Of a stretch of DNA of 61,894 bases, positions 9,425 to 18,570 are shown piece after piece. The stretch is taken from IMG/VR virus record IMGVR_UViG_3300025102_000024, positions 1 to 61,894 of that record; one strand, 5' to 3'. The number at the start of each line of letters is the position of its first letter. Positions within the stretch are counted from its first letter, which is position 1. Both the position numbers and the translations under genes were made by a program. Source of the DNA: a virus. Lineage: Duplodnaviria; Caudoviricetes. The notes below the pieces were generated by a model. The model was not told the DNA's origin and made no database searches. It saw nothing but the letters and a program-made list of their open reading frames with translations.

Positions 9425-10624
9425 TTATAATTCTGCACTAAAATTTAAAGTTGTAGGATCAGATTTCATAATCATACCACCACCAGAATTATTTTGCATA
9501 TTACTCGTGCTTGCCATTTCTAAACAAACTGAGGATATACCACCAGTATTTAGTATGTAAGCAGAAGTTCCATTAGCAATTGTCATACTTGATGCAGCGA
9601 AAGTAGCACTGTCATTATTAGCATCAAACATTAAATTACCAGATCCAGTATAAGTGGGGTTAGTCCTCATCGGCACTGGGAAATAAATTGCAAATCTAGC
9701 AGTAGAGGTACTATTTGCAAACGCAGCAATTCCCATAAAAGCATTAGTATTTCCTTTTATATTAAAGAAATAACGTTGACAATCACTTAATTGCTCTCTA
9801 AAATTTTTATGCTCGAACGGGGTCGCTACGGGACCAACTTCTAATTGAACTCCTGTGAGATACCAATAATTATTGGCATTGTCCCATAAGTTGACTTGGT
9901 TAGTAGATGCTCTATAACTGCCACCACTTGTCCAACTTGAAGTAGGAGAGACTGACACATCACTATTAGCACATAAGAACCAATCTACATACAAACCTAC
10001 AGTATTGTCATTAGGAATAGCATCTGCTGTATTACCAACTATTGTTATTGTTTTCTTTTCCCAAGTATCTGCTGAACTTATTGTGTAGTCAAATAAAACG
10101 TATTTTCCTTCTTGTATTACTTGAACAGAATATGTACCAGTTTTGTTTGAATATACCCAAAAAGATAAAGTCATTGTTTTAGCACTACTCGTGCCATATC
10201 TAAGATGCTGTAAATTTTGTCCTTCTATACGTTGTCCAATATTAGCACGTTGACCAGAACTCGGTGTTTCTGTATTTCCTATATCAACTTTTAAACTTTT
10301 AGTAAATCCTTCACTACTCGGTGCTGTCGTTGAATGGTAAATTTTAGCACTATCAGTATCAAAACTACCACCAAGAGATAATTTCCATCTATCTAAAGTA
10401 TAAATCGAAGAAGTAACAGGATTAAAATAACCTAAAGTGCCTGTTTGTACCCTTTGATTAACTTGCATCGCTCCATTTATTATAACATTGCGATGAGAAA
10501 GTTGTCCTTGTGTTGGTACAAAAGAAGTCGCAGTAACAATACCAGACATATTAATGCCCTTTGTAAAGTTAACGGGACTGTTCCCATTCTCTCCTAATAC
10601 ATTTGTGACTCTTATTTCTGACAT
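9425..10624 (-). CDS. Tail fibre/adhesin-like protein (CQRY class)
   Basis: MSEIRV, LSHRNVIING, GVQLEVGPVATPFEH...CQRY. Confidence 0.7.
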   Translation of the reverse strand: MSEIRVTNVLGENGNSPVNFTKGINMSGIVTATSFVPTQGQLSHRNVIINGAMQVNQRVQTGTLGYFNPVTSSIYTLDRWKLSLGGSFDTDSAKIYHSTTAPSSEGFTKSLKVDIGNTETPSSGQRANIGQRIEGQNLQHLRYGTSSAKTMTLSFWVYSNKTGTYSVQVIQEGKYVLFDYTISSADTWEKKTITIVGNTADAIPNDNTVGLYVDWFLCANSDVSVSPTSSWTSGGSYRASTNQVNLWDNANNYWYLTGVQLEVGPVATPFEHKNFREQLSDCQRYFFNIKGNTNAFMGIAAFANSTSTARFAIYFPVPMRTNPTYTGSGNLMFDANNDSATFAASSMTIANGTSAYILNTGGISSVCLEMASTSNMQNNSGGGMIMKSDPTTLNFSAEL

Positions 10625-10628
10625 TTAA

Positions 10629-10967
10629 TTATAATGGTTTTGGATTATCACTCTTTACCTTGGCGATTGCATCTTTCCAAGTTGTAGTGCCATTGACAGC
10701 ATCCCAATATTGCATATCTAATTGTTCTGCCAAGCTAGGGAAAGCATCTCGTCTTTTTGATTTGTAACTATCATTTTCTAAATCCCACGCAGTTTGTAAT
10801 GCAACGAGTCCTGATGTGCAGTCTGATTCTGATGGTTTTGAACCACCATCATGTACTATAAGATTTGAATAAATTTTATTTTTAGAATTACTCCATCCAA
10901 ACCACTGTCCTGTTCTCACAGTAACAAGATAATCTTCTATATGATCTGGTCTACCATCTATTCTCAT
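10629..10967 (-). CDS. Small tail-associated/chaperone-like protein
   Basis: YKSKR...PSLAEQLDM.YWD...WKDAIAKVKSDNPKP; TAATG-coupled to the upstream fibre gene. Confidence 0.6.
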   Translation of the reverse strand: MRIDGRPDHIEDYLVTVRTGQWFGWSNSKNKIYSNLIVHDGGSKPSESDCTSGLVALQTAWDLENDSYKSKRRDAFPSLAEQLDMQYWDAVNGTTTWKDAIAKVKSDNPKPL

Positions 10968-11641
10968 TATGTATCTCCTAATTTAACAAAGGTAAAAGAG
11001 TTTTCATTATATCCAGTATTGCCAAGAAACAATACAGAACTTCTATTTGTATAAGCTCGAAATTTTACTTTATGAGTAGATGTGCTTGTTACATCAAAAA
11101 TAAAATTAGCAACTGCATTATTTATATTGTAATCTGCCGAAAAAGTGGCAAATCCATCAGCAGCAAGAGCATAACTACTATTATTTGTAGTAACTTGTAT
11201 CTGTAGTTCAGCAAATCTATTATCTCCAGAATTTCTTTTAAAAGGCATACATGCCATAATTTGATAAATTCCAGTTGAAGGAAATGTAAATATTCCACTT
11301 GATTGGGTCATACCAGAACCAATTTGACCATGACTATTTGTATCGCCTCTTTCCCAATTTGAAGTAAAGTCCGTTATTCCATCTGAGGTCATAGTTCCAC
11401 CAGAAGTTATTCTCCATTGGTCTGCCATCGAAAGACCAGATGATAAACCAGTTAAGTTTGCACCACTGATTGCTGGTAAAGTTCCAGTTAGATTTGCTGC
11501 AGGTAAAGTAGTTAAGTTTGCGCCACTACCACTAAAACTTGTTGCAGTAATAATACCAGAAGATACATTAATACCTTTGGCAAAATTAACAGCATCAAGT
11601 CCATTATCTGCTATTATATTGTTAACTCTAATCTCAGACAT
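10967..11641 (-). CDS. Tail fibre/adhesin-like protein (ADQWR class)
   Basis: MSEIRV, GANLT repeats, ADQWR...FTFPSTGIY. Confidence 0.65.
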   Translation of the reverse strand: MSEIRVNNIIADNGLDAVNFAKGINVSSGIITATSFSGSGANLTTLPAANLTGTLPAISGANLTGLSSGLSMADQWRITSGGTMTSDGITDFTSNWERGDTNSHGQIGSGMTQSSGIFTFPSTGIYQIMACMPFKRNSGDNRFAELQIQVTTNNSSYALAADGFATFSADYNINNAVANFIFDVTSTSTHKVKFRAYTNRSSVLFLGNTGYNENSFTFVKLGDT

Positions 11642-11663
11642 TTTAAATATTCTCCTCCACTAT

Positions 11664-12113
11664 TTAGAACACCTCTAAAACATTCATAATGAATGTTGTT
11701 CCAGCAGACACATGGAATGTTGCACCAGTTGAAACTACAATTCGACTCAATCTTGTGAATGTTGTATTACCTGACATATTATCAGATTCAATCCTTACTG
11801 ATTGACCTGCACCAACTGTAAATGATTCTGTTGTTTTGAATATCAGATTTTCAAGAGTACCTTGTGTACTACTCAGTGCTGTTGAAAATCCACTGACTCC
11901 AGTTAGATTTGCACCATCTCCACTGAATGATGTTGCAGTAACACTACCACTACTTACGTTTACATTACCACCAGTTACATTTATACCACTTCTTGCTGTT
12001 ACAATACCGATTGAGTCTACGTTTGCAACGTCTTCATAGGTCAGTGTACCACCGATGCCAATGTCACCTGGTGTGGTTATGTCTCCTGTAATTCCGTTTA
12101 GTTGTATTCCCAT
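11664..12113 (-). CDS. Fibre adaptor-like protein
   Basis: LTYEDVANVDS; C-terminal TALSSTQ...FIMNV module homologous to internal parts of 45578..47119 and 50962..52695. Confidence 0.6.
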   Translation of the reverse strand: MGIQLNGITGDITTPGDIGIGGTLTYEDVANVDSIGIVTARSGINVTGGNVNVSSGSVTATSFSGDGANLTGVSGFSTALSSTQGTLENLIFKTTESFTVGAGQSVRIESDNMSGNTTFTRLSRIVVSTGATFHVSAGTTFIMNVLEVF

Positions 12114-12133
12114 CAGGTTTTTAGTTATTTATC

Positions 12134-12679
12134 TTATGATTGAATTGGAGCGCACTTAATAATACCCATCTCATTACCAGCTGAAAAGTAATTAATATTT
12201 ATAACAACTCTTCTTGGATCATTTGTCAAAGATGTGCCAGTGTGTCTTTTATTACTATCGAAGATAACAATTCGATTTTCTACACTCTCCACAATTCCTT
12301 CATTTTCAAAAGAAGTGTAACCATCACAAGTATTTAAATAAAAAATAGCAGTCTTTGAATTTGGAAATCTTTGATCAACATGATATCCATGTTCAACGAT
12401 ACTCGGAGTTTTAGTTGTAAGATTTGCTTTAATTCTAATTATTGCAGCGACATTTAATTTATCTAAGAGAGGAGGCATACGTTCAAATAATCTACTTTCT
12501 GGCATTGCACCTCCGTGTATTCCATGAACAAATTGATAATTATCAAGGTCTGATACTCCTGTCCTTAATTCATCTCTTTCTACAACTTCACTCCATTCCC
12601 ACTTACAATCAAATGAAAAAAATGCTTGTTGTATATTAATAAACGAATCATAATCTAAAAAATTATCAATAACTTGCAT
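12134..12679 (-). CDS. 2OG-Fe(II) oxygenase
   Basis: YHVD, RHTG, RVVININY; paralogue of 6132..6647. Confidence 0.85.
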   Translation of the reverse strand: MQVIDNFLDYDSFINIQQAFFSFDCKWEWSEVVERDELRTGVSDLDNYQFVHGIHGGAMPESRLFERMPPLLDKLNVAAIIRIKANLTTKTPSIVEHGYHVDQRFPNSKTAIFYLNTCDGYTSFENEGIVESVENRIVIFDSNKRHTGTSLTNDPRRVVININYFSAGNEMGIIKCAPIQS

Positions 12680-12682
12680 AAA

Positions 12683-14161
12683 TTATAATTCAGATGTTGC
12701 TGTAAAATTTTCCCACCAATTATCGTCCTGACCTACAGTATAACTAAAATAATCTTTACCAATATATGAAGTTCCACCAGTTCTTCTAGCATTTCCACCA
12801 ATCGTAGGTGTATCTCTCATTTGTGTTGGATAAAAGACGTTTACATAAGTTGAATTATTACCCCATCTACCTGCGTAAATATTACCATTTGATGTAAGAG
12901 GTTTGTAAAAATATCGTTGGCAACGTGCGAGTTCTTCTTTATAGCTGCGGTGCTCGAACGGAGTTGCCACAGGTCCAACTTCTAATTGAACTCCTGTGAT
13001 TTGAAAAGATGCATTATTTGTTGTGTACCAAGTTGTAGCATAATCAGGCATTCTTGCAGCATTATCCAAATTACCCCAAGTATTAAGAGTTGCACCAGAA
13101 GATGTATAATCTGTGCCAAAAAATGGACTCCAAACAATTTCGAGTCCCATAGCTATTCTATTTGCTGCACTATCAGTGTCAAATTCTAGATTTGAATTAC
13201 CAGGTATTTTTACAATTACTTTTTTCCAAGTTGCGAAAGCTAACGTACCTGTTTCAAAAGCGTAATGTTGTGCTGTACTTGAATCAGGTACTTTTAAATA
13301 ACCATAAGTATTGAGATTAGCATTTACCCCCTGCTTTACCCAAAAAGATAAAGTTATAAAACTATTTGCATCAGTATAGTTCCAACCACATTGTGCCATT
13401 TCTTGTGCTTCAATTTTATGACTCATGTAAATATAATCTGCAGCACCAGCACCAGATGTTTGGTTTCCATTTGAAATACCCCAAGCTGTTCTAAATCCCT
13501 CTTTGTAAGGATGGGGACCAGTCATCGGTAGATGATATTGAGCTGGTGCAGATACACCAAATATAGTTTGTGTGGGGTTTGCATCTGTGCCTGTAAAATA
13601 CATCGCAAATCTATCAACAGTTTGATAACCAGAAGATGTAGATGACGAACCCCTTTGATTTATTTTAAAATCTCCGTTGACAATGATGTTGCGATGAGAA
13701 AGTTGTCCTGTCGTTGGAACTAAAGCAGTTGCAGTTATAATGCCTGATGTATTTGCACTTCCATCAGTTCCTAAACCAGCACCAGTCATTTGTGATGCAT
13801 CACCACGGAAACTTGTTGCAGTTATAATACCACTTGCATTGCCAATTTTTATATTGCTTCCTACATTTAAATCATTACCAACTAAATTTATTCCCAATCT
13901 TGCGGTTACTATACCAACTGAATCTATATTTGCTACGTCCTCATATGTTAATACACCACCAACTCCTAGATTTCCTGTGATAGTAGCACTTGCAGCATTT
14001 ATTGTTCCACCAACAAATGTTGTCGCAGTTATAACACCAGAAGTTATATTATTTACAGTTACATCAGCAGCAGTTCCATCGGCACGAAAGATCGAAATAT
14101 CACCACCATTTCCAGTGATACTTGAAACTCCTGATATACTATTTGGTCGAATTACTGTCAT
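12683..14161 (-). CDS. Tail fibre/adhesin-like protein (CQRY class)
   Basis: LTYEDV linker, LSHRNIIVNG, ATPFEHRS...LARCQRY. Confidence 0.7.
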   Translation of the reverse strand: MTVIRPNSISGVSSITGNGGDISIFRADGTAADVTVNNITSGVITATTFVGGTINAASATITGNLGVGGVLTYEDVANIDSVGIVTARLGINLVGNDLNVGSNIKIGNASGIITATSFRGDASQMTGAGLGTDGSANTSGIITATALVPTTGQLSHRNIIVNGDFKINQRGSSSTSSGYQTVDRFAMYFTGTDANPTQTIFGVSAPAQYHLPMTGPHPYKEGFRTAWGISNGNQTSGAGAADYIYMSHKIEAQEMAQCGWNYTDANSFITLSFWVKQGVNANLNTYGYLKVPDSSTAQHYAFETGTLAFATWKKVIVKIPGNSNLEFDTDSAANRIAMGLEIVWSPFFGTDYTSSGATLNTWGNLDNAARMPDYATTWYTTNNASFQITGVQLEVGPVATPFEHRSYKEELARCQRYFYKPLTSNGNIYAGRWGNNSTYVNVFYPTQMRDTPTIGGNARRTGGTSYIGKDYFSYTVGQDDNWWENFTATSEL

Positions 14162-14172
14162 ATCTTTATTTA

Positions 14173-15462
14173 TTAAACCACCACAAAATTACCATCAACA
14201 TTCAGAACACCATTGACTGATACAGGACCTGCCATCAAACCATTCATTGAAGTTCCAATATAATGATTACCATTGATTGCATTATCATATAGTATCATAC
14301 CATTACTAATATAAAGTCCTCTTGCAGAATTACCAACACCTTGTAGATCAGCATCATCAGTGCTTGTTGTTCCAACACCAACGATTGCAGAAGAAGTTTG
14401 AATACCAGTGACTGATGTAGTGAATGCACTTGAACCTCCACCACCAGCAATGCTAATATCAATTACATTACCAGTTTGCTTAAATGTATTACCAGCACCA
14501 ACAAAGTTTAATGTGCGAACTGTTCCAATCGCAACACTACCAGACTGAATACCAACTATTGGATCAGAATCTGTAATCGTTACATTACCTGATCTACCTA
14601 AGAATCCTGTGACACCACTTGTAGAAGCACCAGCAAATCCAATATGTCTTACGTGAATGACTGTGCCATTCGCAGGTGCAGATGCAAAGGTAAGTGAATT
14701 AGAACCTGTGCCTGATACTGTATAAGATCTTGTATTCTGTGAATCAGATGGATACTGCATCACACCATCTAATGCAACTAATATATTATCATTATTAACG
14801 ACTGCTCTTGATAAAGTAAATGTAGTTGTGCTTCCATCAGCAGTAAATGTATCTACCTTATTATCTGAGATGTCAAATGTTGGAAAATTATTTGCTACAA
14901 GATTTCCAAATATAACATCAGTTGAAGATGGTGCTGCTGCGAATACAATTATAGAACCATTTGAATCTATACCATATCCATTTGCAGGTGATGTAGAATC
15001 GTGTGGTCTTTGGATGACACCATTATGTGATAAGAACAACTGTGCTGCTCTTGTCATCTGTGCTTTTGTGCCACTATCATATGTTGCAACAAACTTTGTA
15101 TTGACACTATCAAATGCAACACTTAATGTATGTGCTGCTCCAGTTCCAGTTCCCGTAATATTAATTTTGTTTCCAGCAGCTGCATCAGATGCATTTGCTG
15201 CTAATTGAATTGTATTATGATCTACTTTAATTGTAAAATATACAGTCCCGTTTGAAAGACCTGTGATATTTCCTCCACCACCATTCGTATATGTGACTCT
15301 TGAACCTGTAAGGAAACGATGATTATTTAATGTAATTGTATCAGCAGACTGACTGACTACTGCTGCATTTGAACCATCAAATGTCGTTGTGAACGCAAGA
15401 TCATCTAAGATCTTAAAACTATTATTCTCTCCAGTTGCGTTACGATTACCTAGATATGCCAT
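14173..15462 (-). CDS. Virion structural protein (baseplate/fibre-base-like)
   Basis: MAYLGN start, DGS-TTFTL...LVALDGVMQ repeats typical of cyanomyovirus baseplate-associated proteins; C-terminal NGLMAGPV module. Confidence 0.6.
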   Translation of the reverse strand: MAYLGNRNATGENNSFKILDDLAFTTTFDGSNAAVVSQSADTITLNNHRFLTGSRVTYTNGGGGNITGLSNGTVYFTIKVDHNTIQLAANASDAAAGNKINITGTGTGAAHTLSVAFDSVNTKFVATYDSGTKAQMTRAAQLFLSHNGVIQRPHDSTSPANGYGIDSNGSIIVFAAAPSSTDVIFGNLVANNFPTFDISDNKVDTFTADGSTTTFTLSRAVVNNDNILVALDGVMQYPSDSQNTRSYTVSGTGSNSLTFASAPANGTVIHVRHIGFAGASTSGVTGFLGRSGNVTITDSDPIVGIQSGSVAIGTVRTLNFVGAGNTFKQTGNVIDISIAGGGGSSAFTTSVTGIQTSSAIVGVGTTSTDDADLQGVGNSARGLYISNGMILYDNAINGNHYIGTSMNGLMAGPVSVNGVLNVDGNFVVV

Positions 15463-15463
15463 A

Positions 15464-16231
15464 TTATACCACCACTAAAACTGAACCTGTTGCAACATCA
15501 ATTGTTGCTCCGACTGCAACACTGACCGTACCAATCAATAATCCATTCTTTCCAGAAGGAACATTAATACTACTACTAATATCATTATCAATTAGAAGTG
15601 CACCATCAGTAATTGCAATGTTACCTAATGATTGTAATGCACCTTCGGAGTTTGCTGTACCAACTGCTGATGCTGTACCAACACCAACAACTTTACTTGT
15701 GGCAACACCGACTGCATCAGATGCCCAAGTACCAGCAGCACCAACACCACCTCCTCCTCCTTGGAAGAATACTGTTGCAATACCAACATCTGCGTTAAAA
15801 AATCCTGTAGTAACACCAGGACCTGCAAAGTTGATTTGAGTAACTGCTGTACCAACAGTGACTGATGAAGTGTTGTTGTAATTAGATGTTGAAACACCTA
15901 ACTTTGCACTATCATTTAATTGTGTTAATCCAACAGAACCATCAGCTGGAACTCCAATTCCTAATGCAAGACCAAGAACAATAATAAAAGCATCATCAGA
16001 TGCACCAGGTGCAGTCGCAAATGTTATTTCATTATTATTAATCTGATATGCAGAGTCTGCTTCTTGGATTACACCAGCAACTGATACTAGAAGTGAGAAT
16101 GATGAACCAGGAAAAAAATCACTACCACCACTCTTCAATTGAAAAGTGACAGTAGATCCATTAAACTGAGATGATATGTCATCTAGTTTAAGATAATTTC
16201 CTGATGTGAGTTCTCGACCTAAGTATGGCAT
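15464..16231 (-). CDS. Virion structural protein (baseplate/fibre-base-like)
   Basis: MPYLG, LDDISSQFNGSTVTF, LVSVAGVIQ; C-terminal GKNGLLIGTV module. Confidence 0.6.
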   Translation of the reverse strand: MPYLGRELTSGNYLKLDDISSQFNGSTVTFQLKSGGSDFFPGSSFSLLVSVAGVIQEADSAYQINNNEITFATAPGASDDAFIIVLGLALGIGVPADGSVGLTQLNDSAKLGVSTSNYNNTSSVTVGTAVTQINFAGPGVTTGFFNADVGIATVFFQGGGGGVGAAGTWASDAVGVATSKVVGVGTASAVGTANSEGALQSLGNIAITDGALLIDNDISSSINVPSGKNGLLIGTVSVAVGATIDVATGSVLVVV

Positions 16232-16248
16232 TATATCTTTTTAGTTAT

Positions 16249-16434
16249 TTAGTCGGCTGCTTCTGGACTATTGCCAGCAGCTACCCATGCGAGATAGACC
16301 TGATAATCTGTATTGTTCTCTTTAAAAGGAATTACTTTTCTTATATCACCATTCATAATTTCTACACCATCAGGTTCTGTTACATCTACACCATTTTTCA
16401 TTAGTTTATAGATTGGGTTTGTTGGGTATGCCAT
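16249..16434 (-). CDS. Small chaperone-like partner of a CQRY-class fibre
   Basis: IP...N.DYQ.YLAWVAAGN..EAAD; paralogue at 52704..52871. Confidence 0.7.
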   Translation of the reverse strand: MAYPTNPIYKLMKNGVDVTEPDGVEIMNGDIRKVIPFKENNTDYQVYLAWVAAGNSPEAAD

Positions 16435-16437
16435 TGT

Positions 16438-18192
16438 TTAAATCTCCGCATTAAATGCTACAAATTTTTGTGTGTTTGATCCAAATGAATGGGCAGAACA
16501 TCTAACTGTCTGCCCTTGTCTCGATGCATCACCAGACATGATTAGGCAACTTTGATTATGTCCTGTTTTACCAGTATCTTGTGAAATTTGATGATGATAT
16601 TGAGCACTATTACCAAACAATTTCTCATAAACATATGCACCAGAACCTCCAGCAAGAGCTTCTAATGTAGGTTCTGCTCTCATAGTGGTTGGGAAATATA
16701 CGGGTATGAATATATTACCTGAATAATATTGATGACCAGTGCCTAAGATTTCATAAGTATCTGTGCACATCGCAAAGTAATAACGTTGACAACGAGTGAG
16801 TTCATCTGCTACGCTGCGGTGCTCAAATGTGGTGGCTGAAGATCCAACTTCGAGTTGAACTCCCGTCACATCAAAGGTAGCATTGGATGTATTTGCCCAA
16901 TTTTGTGAGTAGTCAGGTGTTCTGTTTGTTGAACTAGATGACTGCCATGCGTTAAGAGTGTGTCCACTTGTAGTATAATAAGTACCATACCAAGGTATAA
17001 AGTGAACAACTAAACCTTCTTCAGTATTATTATGTACGGATACATTTGAATTTCCAGGAATTGTTTTTGTTATCTTTGTCCAAGTATTTGCACTTAGAGT
17101 ATAAGAAAAAGTATAAGTTTGACCTGTTCCATCACGACTATTCAACCAACCATAGTAGGTTCCAGCTAAACTCGATCTCACCCAAGCACTTAGAGTCACA
17201 TAACTTGAAGATGATTTGAAATTCCAACCACTATTTGCGACATTTTGTGCTTCTATAGTTTGACCAATAAATCTATAATCAGTATCAGTAGTTGTATTAC
17301 TTGTATTAGTTAATCTTAAATAATTACTAAAACCATTTTCAAATGCAGTTCCACTTTGCTCCGAAACTTGTGATTGAGTAACTCCCCCACCACTCCAGTT
17401 ATTAGTCCATCTATCAATTGTATTCATACCAGAGGATGTAGATGATGTTCCTCTTTGAGCTATAGTCATAGCTCCGTTGATTATTAAATTTCTATAACTT
17501 CTTGCAGCAGGTAAACCTGTAAGATTTGCGCCACTAATTGCTGGAAGTGTACCAGTTATGTTTGCAGCAGGTATATTTGTTAAGTTTGCAGCACTAATCG
17601 CAGGTAATGCACCACTTAGTTTTGAAGAAGTTAATGTTGATATTCTTGCGTCGGCAACCGTTCCTGTTAGATTACCAGCAGGAATACTTGTTAAGTTTGC
17701 ACCACTTCCAACAAAACTTGTTGCTGTTACAACACCAGTTACATCAATACCTTGTGAATTTGAAGTGACTGCAGAACCAACTACTACAAGGTTTGCAGTT
17801 GCAGTGGTGGCTGATAATGCACCAGTGAGTGTCGTAGAACCACCAACTTGAATACCACCTGTAAAGTTTGCAGTGGTAGAAGTTTTAATATTATCTGTTG
17901 ATGCAACTCCCGTTAATGATGAACCATCTCCAGAAAATCCAGAGGCAGTTACAATACCAATAAATCTTGCCCCACCATCATCAAATATTGTTGATCCTGC
18001 ACCGATTGGAGTGTCACCACCAAGAACATTTATTCCAGCAGCCTCTACTCCTACACTGTGAACATTTGTAGATCCAGTTTTAAAATTTGAAAAGGTTGCT
18101 ATACCAGCAGAATCAAGACCACCAACATTTAAAACTTGATGAGTATTGATACCAGTTTGAGTTATGAGAGTTCTGTTGGTGGATAATGCCAT
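16438..18192 (-). CDS. Tail fibre protein (CQRY class)
   Basis: GANLT/LPAIS repeats, RNLIINGAM, ATTFEHRS...CQRY. Confidence 0.7.
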   Translation of the reverse strand: MALSTNRTLITQTGINTHQVLNVGGLDSAGIATFSNFKTGSTNVHSVGVEAAGINVLGGDTPIGAGSTIFDDGGARFIGIVTASGFSGDGSSLTGVASTDNIKTSTTANFTGGIQVGGSTTLTGALSATTATANLVVVGSAVTSNSQGIDVTGVVTATSFVGSGANLTSIPAGNLTGTVADARISTLTSSKLSGALPAISAANLTNIPAANITGTLPAISGANLTGLPAARSYRNLIINGAMTIAQRGTSSTSSGMNTIDRWTNNWSGGGVTQSQVSEQSGTAFENGFSNYLRLTNTSNTTTDTDYRFIGQTIEAQNVANSGWNFKSSSSYVTLSAWVRSSLAGTYYGWLNSRDGTGQTYTFSYTLSANTWTKITKTIPGNSNVSVHNNTEEGLVVHFIPWYGTYYTTSGHTLNAWQSSSSTNRTPDYSQNWANTSNATFDVTGVQLEVGSSATTFEHRSVADELTRCQRYYFAMCTDTYEILGTGHQYYSGNIFIPVYFPTTMRAEPTLEALAGGSGAYVYEKLFGNSAQYHHQISQDTGKTGHNQSCLIMSGDASRQGQTVRCSAHSFGSNTQKFVAFNAEI

Positions 18193-18193
18193 A

Positions 18194-18523
18194 TTATGTT
18201 ATCTCCATAATTGTCAAAGCAACATCTAAACTATTATTTACATCACTTAATGCTGTAACTGTATCCACTGCCTCTACAACTATCTTATTTCCTTGCATGA
18301 TTTCTAATGCAGATCCTTGTGGGATAGGGACATTCTTTAATATGTTTATATCATCTCCATTTGTTGCTCTTGATATTCCGATTCCAACATTAATTCCTTG
18401 ACCAGATACATTCGTACAAGTTACACCAATGATAACTGTAGTCGTCGCACCAGGTACTGTGTATATTCCAACTGTGGATACACCAATATTATTTTTCGAT
18501 TTTAATTTAAAAGTATTAGCCAT
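18194..18523 (-). CDS. Small virion structural protein
   Basis: MANTFK...YTVP...LD..L.IME; directly follows the long fibre gene. Confidence 0.6.
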   Translation of the reverse strand: MANTFKLKSKNNIGVSTVGIYTVPGATTTVIIGVTCTNVSGQGINVGIGISRATNGDDINILKNVPIPQGSALEIMQGNKIVVEAVDTVTALSDVNNSLDVALTIMEIT

Positions 18524-18570
18524 TTTTTATAGTTTAAAAAGGTGCAATATCCCCGTTGAGATATTTATAA

